64,000 nt of DNA, taken from contig CAVPXI010000007.1 in assembly GCA_963709585.1 (NCBI GenBank), forward strand, positions 256,001 through 320,000, written 5' to 3'. A program made the position numbers and the translations under genes. Shown here piece after piece: positions 1 to 10,602 of this stretch (position 1 is the first letter of the stretch; each line of letters starts with the position of its first letter). The notes under the pieces were generated by a model. That model searched no databases and was not told the origin of the DNA. It was given only the letters and a program-made list of their open reading frames with translations. This stretch comes from Candidatus Dormiibacterota bacterium (GTDB lineage Bacteria; Chloroflexota; Dormibacteria; Aeolococcales; Aeolococcaceae).

Positions 1-658
1 CGCCAGCCTCGATGAAGCATGCAGCCTGACGCTCTGGGTCCTGCTCGCCCGTGAGGTGGCGGGCTTCATCGGAGTTGGGCACGAAGAAGTCAACGCTCGG
101 CAGGATCGAGCGGAGGTCGTCCATTGACGCGTGAGTGTCTCCGGGGAGGACTACGTCTAGCAGCGTTTGCGCCCCCGCCCGATGCGCTGCGTCGAAGAGT
201 TCGACCACCGCTTCAGGGGGGAGGCCGGGCAGCACCAGGTATCCACCGAGGTAGACCACATCGATACCGGACGTGGCTCCCGGGCCGAAGTCCTGTCCCG
301 TGAGGTCCGCGTTAGCGCCCACGGTGTGGATGTAGCGCCGGTCTTCGCCGGCCACGGGAACGATCACTGTCTTTGCCGTGCCCATGGTCTCCGACTGCCC
401 GATGAACGAGACGTCGACACCCAACTCCGCCAGCGAGGAGGTGACGAAATCGCCGAAGGAGTCGCGGCCAACCTTTCCCACGACCCGGGAGCCAACGCCC
501 AATTTCGACAGGACCACCGCGACGTTGGCCGCGCAGCCCCCGGCCCCCATGAGGAAGTCGTCAGTCACCAAGAGCTCACCGGCCTTTGGCAGACGAGGAA
601 GCGGCGGCACGAAGAGATCGCCGACGAGGATCCCCGCACAGAGGACGCGCGAGATCAT
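1..658 (-). CDS. PfkB-family carbohydrate kinase (5' part; runs off window edge)
   Basis: Manual translation from ATG at 658: MISRVLCAGILVGDLFVPP...GAGGCAANVAVVLSKLG...GKVGRDSFG, the PfkB signature 1. ATGA overlap with the upstream regulator stop. Not in the ORF track. Confidence 0.85.
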   Translation of the reverse strand, partial: MISRVLCAGILVGDLFVPPLPRLPKAGELLVTDDFLMGAGGCAANVAVVLSKLGVGSRVVGKVGRDSFGDFVTSSLAELGVDVSFIGQSETMGTAKTVIVPVAGEDRRYIHTVGANADLTGQDFGPGATSGIDVVYLGGYLVLPGLPPEAVVELFDAAHRAGAQTLLDVVLPGDTHASMDDLRSILPSVDFFVPNSDEARHLTGEQDPERQAACFIEAG

Positions 659-1653
659 GAGCGCGCTGAAAGTTCGAGCACGGTGCGCGCCGTGGACAGA
701 TCGGTGACCAGGACGTTCACCATGCCGCTGCGCAGCGCACCGAGGATCGCGTCGCCTTTGTCGCGCTCGCTGCAGATCGCGACAACGCATTTGATGGCCT
801 CGAGATCCGCTCGCCCGATCGCCACGACGCGGTCCCCGATGCCGTCGATAACGGTGCGGCCGCCCGCATCGAAGAACGAGCCGAGGATGTCGCCGACCGC
901 TCCGCGATCGCGCAGCCTGCGCATCTCGGACACCGAGAAGCAGCCCATCCTCACGACCGCGCTGTCATCCCGAGCGTTCCCGATCCCGATCAGGGCGACG
1001 TTGGCCGCTCGAGCACGCTCGAGGACATCGCGCACGTCGTCGTGATTGATGAACGCATCGCGCACCGCCGGCGTCTCGGCATACGCAGGTGCATACAGCA
1101 CCTCGGCGGTGCCGGCAAACGCCTCGGCGAGGCGGCGACAGATCTCATTCGGGTTGACGCCCGTGTCCACCAGCGGCGACCCTCCGATGGCACTGACAAA
1201 CGTCGCAGCCCGAGGTGTAGGAGTGCCGACGAAATCGGGCACAGCGCCGACATTCCTGCCCATGCCCAGCGCAACCACGTCTCCGTCGCTGAGTTGACGC
1301 TTGAGGAACCCGGCGGCCGCCCGCGCCACTGACGCTCGCTGGCCTGCTTCGTCGCTCTGATCGTTGACCAGAAGGACCTGGTTAAGTCCGAACTCCGAGA
1401 CAAAGGCCGCCTCCACCTGGAGGCCGATGTCGGGGTGCACATTGACTGTGATCTCCACGATTCCAGTCATTCGGGCGCGATCCAGCAAGCGTCCGACCTT
1501 GGGCCGTGAGAGACGAAGAGAGCGAGCCACCGCTTCCTGTGTCATCCCCTCCAGGTAGTACTGCGAGGCGACGCGGGTCATCAGCTCGATTTCACGGTCG
1601 ACGCCCCGTACCCGGCTCATTGCGAAATGCGGTGTACCGTCACGCGTGCTCAT
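655..1653 (-). CDS. SorC/LsrR-family sugar-binding transcriptional regulator
   Basis: N-terminal HTH (YYLEGMTQEAVARSLRLSRPKVGRLL) plus sugar-binding domain (GAVGDILGSFFD). Confidence 0.9.
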   Translation of the reverse strand: MSTRDGTPHFAMSRVRGVDREIELMTRVASQYYLEGMTQEAVARSLRLSRPKVGRLLDRARMTGIVEITVNVHPDIGLQVEAAFVSEFGLNQVLLVNDQSDEAGQRASVARAAAGFLKRQLSDGDVVALGMGRNVGAVPDFVGTPTPRAATFVSAIGGSPLVDTGVNPNEICRRLAEAFAGTAEVLYAPAYAETPAVRDAFINHDDVRDVLERARAANVALIGIGNARDDSAVVRMGCFSVSEMRRLRDRGAVGDILGSFFDAGGRTVIDGIGDRVVAIGRADLEAIKCVVAICSERDKGDAILGALRSGMVNVLVTDLSTARTVLELSARS

Positions 1654-3645
1654 CTAAATCACCCGCTCGTTGCCACCGTCGACCGGAACTTGCGCACCGG
1701 TGGTCTTTGCGAAGGCAGGCCCACACATGGCCGCGCACATCTGCGCGACGTCGTAACTCGTCACCTCCACGCGCAGCACGTTATTGGCTCGGTACTCCGC
1801 GGTACTCAGGCCGTACTCGCGCGCGCGCGCCTCGACGATCTCCTCCGACCACAGCGCGGTGTCGAAGACCGCGTTGGGATGGATCACGTTGACCCTGATC
1901 CGATCCGCGCCCCACTCGAGAGCGGCCACGCGCGCGACCTGGGTGAGTGCTGCCTTAGAGGCCGAGTACGCGGCCGCGCCGGGACCTGGGGCTGCGACGT
2001 TTTTCGAGCCGATCACGACAACTCTGCCACCGCGAGGCGCGAGTCGCAGCAGCGGGTGGAGGTGGTGCAGGAGGACGACCGAAGCTTCGACATTGACGTC
2101 CATGACCGCACGCCACGCTCCCAATTCCAGGGCATCAAGGCGCTGACTGGGCGGGAAGACGCCGGCGTTGAGGACGGCGATGTCGATGCCACCGAACCGT
2201 GTGATGCTGGCCTCGATCGCGGTCGTCACCTGTTCGGGATTAGTCACGTCGCACTGGAGGCCGAGCCATGCGGGTCCGCGGGTGACGCTTGCAACGTCCG
2301 GATTGAGATCCAGACCAACGACCGCGGCGCCTTGCTGCAGCAGGAGTTCCGCACAGGCGCGCCCGATACCAGACGCTGCTCCTGTGACCAGAGCGACCTC
2401 GCCAGTAAGTGGCGGCGGCGTGCCCTTTCCGAGCTTGGCCTGCTCCAGGTCCCAGTACTCGACATCGAAGACGTCCGCAGCTGAAAGGGCACTGTAACCA
2501 CCGAGCTCGGTTGCGTCGAGGATGATCTCGATGGTGTGCCGGTAGATGTCCGAGGCCACGGACGCATCGAGCGCGGATCGTCCTGCCGAGACCACACCGA
2601 TTGTTGGGTCGATGACGACGCGAGGTGCTGCGTCCAATATCCTGAGCGGCACTGCCGTTCTGCGCGCGTGTTCCGCGAAGTACCGCTCGTACTCGGTTGC
2701 GTAGGCCGCGACGTCACGCCCCAGGATCGGCAGCCGCTTGGTGCGGATCACGTGGTCGGGCGTCGCCGGACCCTGCTGAGAAACCACCGACACATCGGCA
2801 CGATTGGCAAAGGCAACCGCGTCCGGCCCATCGTCGACCTGCAGAATCATCGGCGTTCCGGCCACGTCCGAGAGTTCGCGCCGAAGGCCGGCGACTTCCA
2901 AGGATGAGTAAGAGCTCACTGCCGGCGCGGACGGTCGGCTCCTGCCTCGGACGTGCTCGTCTATGTATGACTCGGCCAGCGCGACCATGTCGATCATTCG
3001 CTCATACAACTCGCGAGCAGTCGGAGCCCAAGTGAAGATGCCATGGTTCATCAGCACCATTCCGATCGTCGCAGCGCCATGCAGCCGCGGGTACATGTCG
3101 GCGCACAGGGCGGCCAGCTTGAATCCGGGCATCACGTAGGGGATGCGCAGCAGATGATCGCCGTAGACCTGCTCGATCAACTCGGCTCCGTGCAAGGAAT
3201 TGGTGAGCGTCAGGAGCGCGTCCGCGTGGGTGTGGTCGACGTACTTGAACGGGACGATGGCGTGGAGAATCGCCTCGACCGACGGGGCAGGCGCGGTTGG
3301 GTCGATCATGCCGAGGCGGAACTCACGAGCCATGTCCACGTCGGAAAGTTCTGTGAGTTCGGCGAGCGATAACAGCTGCCCCATCCGAACTGGCGCGAAC
3401 CCGGCCGGCTCGATGGTGGCCAGATCCCAGCCACTGCCCTTGACCCAGAGGGTGTCCTCCTTGTCACCAAAGATGTTCGTCTCGGTGAGCTTCACCGACG
3501 TGTTGCCGCCGCCGTGGAGCACCAATCTGGGGTCCTGACCCAACAGGCGCGACGTGTATGCCCGCAGGTCCAGCACCGTCTGACACGCGGCTGCTTGCTC
3601 GTCGTCCCAGCGACTGGTCACCCGCGGCGGTGCGGTGGTGGTCAT
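1654..3645 (-). CDS. bifunctional class II aldolase / short-chain dehydrogenase (RhaD/SDR-like)
   Basis: HGGGNTSVK, PSVEAILH, HTHAD and NHG aldolase motifs; SDR TGAASGIG, NAG and YSASK motifs. Confidence 0.9.
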   Translation of the reverse strand: MTTTAPPRVTSRWDDEQAAACQTVLDLRAYTSRLLGQDPRLVLHGGGNTSVKLTETNIFGDKEDTLWVKGSGWDLATIEPAGFAPVRMGQLLSLAELTELSDVDMAREFRLGMIDPTAPAPSVEAILHAIVPFKYVDHTHADALLTLTNSLHGAELIEQVYGDHLLRIPYVMPGFKLAALCADMYPRLHGAATIGMVLMNHGIFTWAPTARELYERMIDMVALAESYIDEHVRGRSRPSAPAVSSYSSLEVAGLRRELSDVAGTPMILQVDDGPDAVAFANRADVSVVSQQGPATPDHVIRTKRLPILGRDVAAYATEYERYFAEHARRTAVPLRILDAAPRVVIDPTIGVVSAGRSALDASVASDIYRHTIEIILDATELGGYSALSAADVFDVEYWDLEQAKLGKGTPPPLTGEVALVTGAASGIGRACAELLLQQGAAVVGLDLNPDVASVTRGPAWLGLQCDVTNPEQVTTAIEASITRFGGIDIAVLNAGVFPPSQRLDALELGAWRAVMDVNVEASVVLLHHLHPLLRLAPRGGRVVVIGSKNVAAPGPGAAAYSASKAALTQVARVAALEWGADRIRVNVIHPNAVFDTALWSEEIVEARAREYGLSTAEYRANNVLRVEVTSYDVAQMCAAMCGPAFAKTTGAQVPVDGGNERVI

Positions 3646-3646
3646 G

Positions 3647-4186
3647 TCACGTTGCCCCACTCCTGAGGTCGTCCGCGACTACTGACGATTCCTGCCCGGC
3701 ACGCTCGACGTCGCGGACGGTGATGACACCATCCTGGCCAGTGCCGGCGAGAGTGGTCAGATCAATGCCAAGGGCGCTCGCCAGCCGCCGCGCGGCCGGC
3801 AGTGCCACGACTCTGCCTGGTGCTCTTTCTGGCGAGCGACGCTCGGGTTCCGCGCGCGGAGCGACCGTGGGTGCCGGGATCTCGCCGACCGCGACGGACA
3901 TCGGGATGTCGGCAGTACCAGTACCGGTGCCGTCCGGCACCGCTTCGCCTGGAACGCCGATATAAGCCACCGGCGAACCCGATTGCACAGTGTCTCCAGC
4001 ATCGCGGAGGACCTTCAGCAGCGTCCCGGCGGTGACCGACTCAACCTCGACCTGTGCCTTGTCGGTCTGCACCCTGAAGAGCGACTCTCCAAGTGCGACC
4101 GTGTCGCCTTCCTTCTTCAACCATTCGACGATCACCAGCTCGTCCGTCGTCTGACCTACCGCTGGCATGTCGATCCGGTGCGCCAC
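3647..4186 (-). CDS. lipoyl-domain + E3/peripheral subunit-binding-domain protein (E2-like, no acyltransferase core)
   Basis: Lipoyl motif VQTDKAQVEVES and PSBD motif PAARRLASALGIDL..GTGQDGVITVRDV; the protein ends right after the PSBD. Confidence 0.85.
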   Translation of the reverse strand: MAHRIDMPAVGQTTDELVIVEWLKKEGDTVALGESLFRVQTDKAQVEVESVTAGTLLKVLRDAGDTVQSGSPVAYIGVPGEAVPDGTGTGTADIPMSVAVGEIPAPTVAPRAEPERRSPERAPGRVVALPAARRLASALGIDLTTLAGTGQDGVITVRDVERAGQESSVVADDLRSGAT

Positions 4187-4194
4187 AGTTCTGG

Positions 4195-5241
4195 TCAGCC
4201 TTCGCAACAACGTTGGATCGCGGCCTTGATCCTCGCCATCGACGGCACGACCGTCTGCTCCATCACTGGGGCGACCGGCAGCGGAACGTCATGGCTGGCA
4301 ACTCTCCTGATCGGCGCTTCCAGCGAGAAGAGGCACTCCTCGGCGACCCGGGCTGCGAGCTCGGCCCCCCATCCTCCGGTCAGCGTGTCCTCATGGGCAA
4401 TCACCAGGCGGCCGGTCTTGCGGACTGACGCGAAGATCGTCTCCTCGTCGAACGGAAGCAGCGTCAGCGGATCGATCACCTCGCAGTCGATGCCGTCCTG
4501 GGCCAGCTCCTCGGCGGCCGCGAGAGAACGGTAGAGGCTCATGTGCGTTGCCACCACGGTGACCGAGGTGCCCTCGCGCTTCACCACCGCCTTGCCGATG
4601 GGAAAGAAGTACTCCTCCTCGGGCACGTGCGCGGTCAGATCCATGCCACCGGCCTGCTCGCGCCCCTTGCTCCCGTAGAGCAACTTGTGCTCAAAGAAGA
4701 GGACGGGATCATCGTCACGCACCGCGCTCTTCAGCAGTCCCTTGGCGTGATACGCGTCGGAAGCACATACGACTTTCACGCCGGGCACGTGCACGAAGTA
4801 ACTCTCCGGGCACTGACCATGCTGCGCCCCTCGATTTGCAGTGCCGACCGGGCAGCGCATGACCATTGGGACGCTCAACTTCCCGTTCGACATGTACCGC
4901 ATCTTCGCCGCCTGGTTGACCAATTCGTCCATGCACTCGAAGAGGAAGTCCGCATACTGGAGGTCCGCGATCGGCCGCATCCCCATAAGTGCGGCGCCGA
5001 CGGCGGCACCCGCAATCGCCTTCTCACTGATCGGCGTGTCGATGATGCGGTCGTGGCCGAATTCCTCGGGCAGGCCCAGGTACACGCCGAACGCGCCGCC
5101 GAACCCACCGGGGATGCCGACGTCTTCGCCGATAAGAAAGACCTTCTCGTCGTGACGCATCTCCTCGGCGATCGCTTCGCGCAACGCCTCGGCAATCGTG
5201 AGGCGGCGTTCGGACGTCGAAGGCGCCGCAGCAACGGTCAC
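4195..5241 (-). CDS. TPP-dependent dehydrogenase E1 beta subunit (AcoB/PdhB-like)
   Basis: GEDVG, DTPISE, GAQHGQ and FFEHK motifs. Confidence 0.92.
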   Translation of the reverse strand: MTVAAAPSTSERRLTIAEALREAIAEEMRHDEKVFLIGEDVGIPGGFGGAFGVYLGLPEEFGHDRIIDTPISEKAIAGAAVGAALMGMRPIADLQYADFLFECMDELVNQAAKMRYMSNGKLSVPMVMRCPVGTANRGAQHGQCPESYFVHVPGVKVVCASDAYHAKGLLKSAVRDDDPVLFFEHKLLYGSKGREQAGGMDLTAHVPEEEYFFPIGKAVVKREGTSVTVVATHMSLYRSLAAAEELAQDGIDCEVIDPLTLLPFDEETIFASVRKTGRLVIAHEDTLTGGWGAELAARVAEECLFSLEAPIRRVASHDVPLPVAPVMEQTVVPSMARIKAAIQRCCEG

Positions 5242-6266
5242 GGCGTTGCCTCCCTGCGGATCACGGTGGCGTACGCGTCCGTCAGCGCGTCTTCCGCGCG
5301 CGGAAGCGGTGAGTTCCTCGCGAATTCGATGGCGTCGTCAAGGGTCTCCTCGATCTCGGCGTCCGTTTCATCGAGTGCTTCTGCCCCGAACGTCGAGGCT
5401 AGGCGCTCGCGGAGACGAACGATCGGATCCCGCTCCTTCCATTCGGCCTCCTCCTCCCGGCTCCGATAGCCGCGAACATCGCCGCGACTGTGGCCGGCGA
5501 ATCGGTACGTCTTGAACTCGAGGAGGACGGGGCCAGCCCCAATTCGTGCGTCCGACACCGCACGGAGAGCCGCCTCGCGTACGGCGAGCACGTCCATTCC
5601 GTCGACGATCACTCCGCGCACGCCGTACGCCGCAGCGCGCGCCGCCACATCGGTGACGAGGCTGATCTGGTGGAACGGAGTCGATGCGCCGTAGAGGTTG
5701 TTCTCGCACGCGAACACCACGGGGAGGTGCTCCACCGCCGCGAAGTTCAGCCCCTCGTGGAAGGCACCCTCGTTGCTCGCCCCCTCACCAAAGAAGCACA
5801 CGGCAACCTGGTCGGTCCGCATCAGCTTGAATGCCAGCCCGAGGCCGGTGACCACCGTGTTGCCTCCCCCGACGATGGCGATCGCCGGGAGCATGCCGAC
5901 CGACGGGTCGCCGAGATGCATCGAGCCGCCCTTGCCGCCGCAGCAACCGGTCGCCTTGCCGTAGAGCTCGGCCATTGCAGCTCGCACGTCGACTCCCTTG
6001 GCCAATGCATGGCCGTGTGGTCGATGCGTGGAGGTGATCCAGTCAGTCGGTCGCAGGACGTCGCAGACACCCACCGCGACCGCCTCCTGGCCCTGGCTCT
6101 GGTGCAGCGTCCCCGGGAGTTCACCCTGCAGATAGACGAGATACACGCGCTCCTCGAATCGGCGGATCAACTGCATGCGGCGGTAGAGGTCGAGCTCGTG
6201 TTCAGCGTCGACCTCGTCGGCGATGTGGGTGGGGCCCAAGTCAGCTCTCCTGGTGCTGGAGTTCAT
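5238..6266 (-). CDS. TPP-dependent dehydrogenase E1 alpha subunit (AcoA/PdhA-like)
   Basis: GQEA, STHRPHGH, GKGGSMH, TPP motif FFGEGASN...ENN, YRFAGHS. Start re-placed at ATG 6266, overlapping the fba stop. Confidence 0.92.
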   Translation of the reverse strand: MNSSTRRADLGPTHIADEVDAEHELDLYRRMQLIRRFEERVYLVYLQGELPGTLHQSQGQEAVAVGVCDVLRPTDWITSTHRPHGHALAKGVDVRAAMAELYGKATGCCGGKGGSMHLGDPSVGMLPAIAIVGGGNTVVTGLGLAFKLMRTDQVAVCFFGEGASNEGAFHEGLNFAAVEHLPVVFACENNLYGASTPFHQISLVTDVAARAAAYGVRGVIVDGMDVLAVREAALRAVSDARIGAGPVLLEFKTYRFAGHSRGDVRGYRSREEEAEWKERDPIVRLRERLASTFGAEALDETDAEIEETLDDAIEFARNSPLPRAEDALTDAYATVIRREATP

Positions 6267-7183
6267 TCGGCGCCCGCCTTCGACGCGACCACCGAGCGCC
6301 CGCTCCCGCCGTACTGCTTGATCAGCGAGCGGACCTTGGCGGTCATACGCGCCTGCGCCACGTGCATCACATCCGCGTCGTTGTGGGATCCGAGGAGCTT
6401 GTGCACGTCGGGAGGAGTACCGGCGGAGCGGACCACGGATTCCAGGCCACCCCAGAACGCGTGCTTGAGGACCGTGCCGACATTGAACTTCGCGACGCCG
6501 AGCGCGACCGCCGGCGCCACTCCGGCTGCGGGGAAACTTGTTCCGCCATGGATGACCAGCGGTACGTCGACTCGCTCGTGGATCGATCGCAGGAGTCCCG
6601 TATCGATCGTTGACTCTGCCCCCATCATGATGTGGACATTCCCGACTGAAACTGCCAGACAGTCCACACCGGTCTCCTCCACGAACCGTGCGGCCTCGTC
6701 TGGATCGGTGAGGCTGGCGTGACTGTGATCCACGCCTGACGCCGTCGCTTCCGCCGGACTGCCGAGTTCGCCCTCGACCGCCACGCCCAACTCGTGCGCT
6801 ACCTGGCACAACTCCTTCACCGCGACAATCGCTTTGTCCGGTTGCCAGGAGTGCGTGTCCATCATCACCGCGTTGAAGCCCGCGTCGATGCCACGCATGG
6901 CCTGGTCAAGGGTGTGGGCCTCGTTGAACAGCAGGGCCACATCGACGGAGCTTCGTGCCGCGTAGCTGCGTCCGACGGCACCGAGGAGCTCGATGCCACC
7001 GCGCTCAAGCCACGTCCCTTCCACCATCATTGCGCCGAAACCGAGAATCACCGGCGCGGACTCCTCTTCCGCGGCGGTGAGCACCGCCTCGAGCGAGCAC
7101 GCATCCCACGCCTCGAAGTACCCGACGGCGTAGCCGTCGGACCGTGCCTCGCCCAGCAATCGCTGGAGCGGGACGAGCGGCAT
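6263..7183 (-). CDS. class II fructose-bisphosphate/tagatose-bisphosphate aldolase family protein
   Basis: VEGELG, DCLAVSVGNVH, PLVIHGGT and GVAKFNVGT motifs. Confidence 0.88.
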   Translation of the reverse strand: MPLVPLQRLLGEARSDGYAVGYFEAWDACSLEAVLTAAEEESAPVILGFGAMMVEGTWLERGGIELLGAVGRSYAARSSVDVALLFNEAHTLDQAMRGIDAGFNAVMMDTHSWQPDKAIVAVKELCQVAHELGVAVEGELGSPAEATASGVDHSHASLTDPDEAARFVEETGVDCLAVSVGNVHIMMGAESTIDTGLLRSIHERVDVPLVIHGGTSFPAAGVAPAVALGVAKFNVGTVLKHAFWGGLESVVRSAGTPPDVHKLLGSHNDADVMHVAQARMTAKVRSLIKQYGGSGRSVVASKAGAE

Positions 7184-7302
7184 CTATTGGCTGTCCAACT
7201 CGAACACGTAAATCTCCCTAGGTCTCAATCGCGCGGGTGCCAGCATAGTGGGCCAAGTGAGCAAATATCAAGCGCTTGAGCATTTGCTCAACGAGGTGTT
7301 AG

Positions 7303-8253
7303 TTACCGACTTCCCTGCGCCCGGCGCTTGCCCTCGTGCATGGCTTGAACGCGAGCGACCGGGATGGATCTGCCCTCTTCAAGCAGCTCTGCCCCTAGCG
7401 GCTGTGGCGGCGGCATCCGCATTGCCCATCGGTCGGCATCGCCGAGGTGATGTACGGCGGTGAGCACCGTGAAGTCGGCAGGCGAAATCTCATCCAGCTC
7501 GTCCCAGTCCACTGGAAAAGACACAGGAGCGCCCGGCCGCACACGCGGGCTGTACGCAGCGGCAACGGTTGCCCCGCCGACGCGGGTCGAGTCGACAAAC
7601 ACTTTGCCTGCGCGGTCATCCTTCATGAACGCGGTGGTGACTGTGGCGGGATCCAGTCGCTCGGCTCGTGCGGCGATCGCCCGGGTGGCAGCTGCGGCCG
7701 CATCGATGGACACGGTGCTGTCGATGGGAACGAAGATGTGCAGGCCCTTGGCACCGCTCGTTTTGATGACAGCGTCCAGGCCTTCATCGATAAGGACGCG
7801 CCGTACAACCCGCGCGGCTCGCACGGCGTCGCGGAAGGCATCTCCGTGCGGGGGATCGATGTCGAGCACGAGATACGTCATGTGATCGGGGCTGTCGACG
7901 CGCACCAGCGCCGGGTGATACTCGACAGCGCGCTGGTTACCGAACCACAGCAGTGTCCGCCGGTCATTGCAAAGCGCGTAGGTGACCTCCCGCTTCGACG
8001 ACTCCGCCCACATCGTCACCCGCGGTACCCAGGGAGGCGTGTACGAGGGCAGGTTCTTCTGCATGAAGGCTTCCTGACCCCGGTGCACGCGGATCACCGA
8101 CAGCGCTCGCTCCGCGAGCTCCGGAATGATCCGGTCGGCCACGCTGTCCAGGTAAGTGATGAGGTCTCGCTTGGTTGCCCTCGCCCCTTCGAACAGCGAC
8201 TCGTCGAGGTTGGTCAGCGGCACGCCGAGCGAGGCAGCGTCTGCAAGGCCCAT
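7303..8253 (-). CDS. stand-alone LigD primase-polymerase (PolDom) domain protein
   Basis: FMQKN, LDIDP, KTSGAKGLHI, KVFVD and YSPR motifs. Confidence 0.85.
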   Translation of the reverse strand: MGLADAASLGVPLTNLDESLFEGARATKRDLITYLDSVADRIIPELAERALSVIRVHRGQEAFMQKNLPSYTPPWVPRVTMWAESSKREVTYALCNDRRTLLWFGNQRAVEYHPALVRVDSPDHMTYLVLDIDPPHGDAFRDAVRAARVVRRVLIDEGLDAVIKTSGAKGLHIFVPIDSTVSIDAAAAATRAIAARAERLDPATVTTAFMKDDRAGKVFVDSTRVGGATVAAAYSPRVRPGAPVSFPVDWDELDEISPADFTVLTAVHHLGDADRWAMRMPPPQPLGAELLEEGRSIPVARVQAMHEGKRRAQGSR

Positions 8254-8357
8254 TAGACTGCCTACGGTACCCCCGCTGTACGGTGCAATCGGGGCTACCC
8301 ACAGGCCGGTAGTGCTTGTCGTTCACCGGATCGTCGACGACTGAGTAGGAGCTTGCG

Positions 8358-8853
8358 ATGACCCGACACCGACAGCGTCCTGGCGACGGTCCTCTTCACG
8401 GACATCGTGGGGTCCACGGAGCGCGCGGCAACGCTTGGCGATCGGGCTTGGCGAGACCTGCTGGAGGCGCACCACGCACTGGTACGACGTGAACTGGCGA
8501 TCCATCGCGGTATAGAAGTCGACACGGCCGGCGACGGCTTGATGGCCAGGTTCGATGGCCCCGCGCGGGCGATTCGTTGTGCTCAAGCCGTCGCTGCGGC
8601 GGTGCGATCGCTCGGGATTGAGATCCGGGCGGGCTTGCATACGGGTGAATGCGAGCTGACGGATGCCGGCCTTGCCGGCATCGCGGTGCACATCGCGGCT
8701 CGCGTCGCGGCGGGAGCGGGACCGAGCGAAGTGCGTGTCTCCAGAACGGTGAAGGATCTCGTCGCCGGATCTGGCATCCGATTCATCGATCTTGGCGCTC
8801 ACTCGCTGAAGGGCGTGCCCGGAGAGTGGGTCTTGTTCCGGGTGGAGCAGTAG
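8358..8853 (+). pseudogene. class III adenylate/guanylate cyclase domain (5'-truncated or frameshifted)
   Basis: VLATVLFTDIVGST...TAGDG...GLHTGECE...AVHIAAR. In-frame TGA at 8359; the SD-preceded ATG at 8358 is out of frame. Confidence 0.7.
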
Positions 8854-8898
8854 CAGCACAGGATTCCGCCTCTCAGCGCGCTGAACAGTCGGCAATCG

Positions 8899-9820
8899 CT
8901 AGTCGGTGGCAAGGGCGGCGAACACCGGTTCCAACTGCTCGACCGTGTCGATCGAGGGCGGCCAGGGCATCACTTCCACTCGCGTGACGCCGACTTCTGC
9001 GAAGCGGGCGATCGTCTCGGTGATCTGATCGATCGAGCCGCTGATTGCCACACCGAACCCTGTTGCTTCGGCCAACTTCGCGTCACCCGGCTCGACGAAC
9101 GCGCCGACTGACCGACCGATGGTCGTCGGGTCGCGGCCGATGCTCTCGCAGATCCGATCCAGTTCCCCGGTCATCGTCGCAAAGGCTTCAGGCAGGCTGC
9201 TCGACGTTGCGTATGCGCTCCAGACGTCGGCGTACTTGGCTGCGGCAGTCATCGTGCGCGCCGAATGCCCGCCCATCATCAGCGGAATGTCTCCGGGTCG
9301 CGGCCCACGAGGACGCAAGACAGCGTCCTTGACACGATGAAACTCGCCGTCGAACGTCGAACTTGGCACACCGCGCAGCAACGGCACGATGATCTCCAAC
9401 GCTTCGAGGTAGCGCGTTATCGGCTTGTCGGCCGGATACCCGAATGAACTCGGCGCCACCGCCGTGGCCAGCACCCAGCCCCAGCACGAAGCGTCCACCC
9501 GATATCTCGTCGAGCGCCTCAGCGGCCCGGACGATCATCCCCGGGTTGTGCTGAAGCGCCGACATCACCCACGTTCCGACGCGAACCTTCGACGTGCTAG
9601 CCGCAACCGCGCCGGTCATGGCGAGGCAATCCCACCAGCCTCGGGGACCTGGCCAGTCTTCAACTCGCCAGAGAATCTCGTCCGCCAACCACACCGTGTC
9701 GGCGCCCAGTTCCTCGCCACGACGAGCCCATGTGCTGATGTCCGCCCACGTCGGTTTGCCGCCGTCGTCAGGCCGCTCGTGCATGGGCAGCACCAACCCG
9801 AGGGCGACGCCCTTACCCAT
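8899..9820 (-). pseudogene. LLM-class flavin-dependent oxidoreductase, frameshifted near 9445
   Basis: The N-terminal ORF (WLADE, DEISGGRFVLGLGAG) and C-terminal ORF (FGYP..LEII..FDGEFH..IPLMMGG) are in different frames. Confidence 0.8.
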
Positions 9821-10050
9821 CGCTCCCCATCGCCACGGCGTGCGCTTGGCCACGGCGACGCATCGGTCCTGCCTCGTACTGCGTCGCGAGGGCTTCGCTC
9901 GACTGATCTTGGCGAACGCCCTTGTGCATCGAGCCGCAGTGTAGCTGCGACGCGGACGTGGCTTCAGCAGCCTGGGGCTCGATCACCGGCGTCCATACCG
10001 CTCCATCACCGATGACAGGTCCTTCTTGTACGCTGGCGCGCTGGAGGTGC

Positions 10051-10586
10051 GTGAATAAGTCGTGATCCGTACGCCGATCTTCCTCAGGTGCCGTGGTTCA
10101 GCCTGTCGAGCGATGACATCAAGGACGGCAAGCAGTTGCCGTCGGCGCAGCGAAGCGGGATCTTTGGTGCCGGCGGAGAGGACGTGTCGCCCGCCCTCTC
10201 GTGGAGCGGCTTCCCCGAGGGCACGAAGAGCTTTGCTGTGACTGTGTACGACCCCGACGCGCCGACGGCAAGCGGGTTCTGGCACTGGGCCGTCGTCGAC
10301 CTTCCCAGCAGCGTCACCAGTCTGCCGGCCGGCGCCGGTGACCAGGCCGGTCAGCGCCTGCCATCGGGAGCCTTCCATCTTCGCAACGACGGAGGCCTCG
10401 CCGGTTACCTCGGCGCGGCGCCGCCGCCGGGGCACGGCCCTCACCAGTACCACTTCGTGGTGCACGCGGTCGACGTCCCGTCGCTCGGCATCGGCCCCGA
10501 ACTCCACGCCCGCGTTTCTCGGCTTCAATCTGTTCACGCACACGCTGGGCCGCGCGCGCATCGTCTCCTGGTACGAGAACAGCTAG
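10051..10586 (+). pseudogene. YbhB/YbcL (PEBP) family protein, apparently with two +1 frameshifts
   Basis: [35 protein letters not shown]. The C-terminus [17 protein letters not shown] is in another frame from ~10500. GGAGG + GTG at 10051 is one base out of frame. Confidence 0.8.
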
Positions 10587-10602
10587 ATCCCATAAGTTGT
10601 TG

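Noticed and set aside
6267-6809. N-terminal extension of the E1 alpha ORF to 523 aa
   Set aside because: Overlaps the fba gene in another frame; the real start is most likely ATG 6266.
167-7279. Long plus-strand ORFs (e.g. 167..1045, 1627..2484, 4543..5469, 5490..6722)
   Set aside because: Antisense shadows of well-supported minus-strand genes, expected in high-GC DNA; no motifs.
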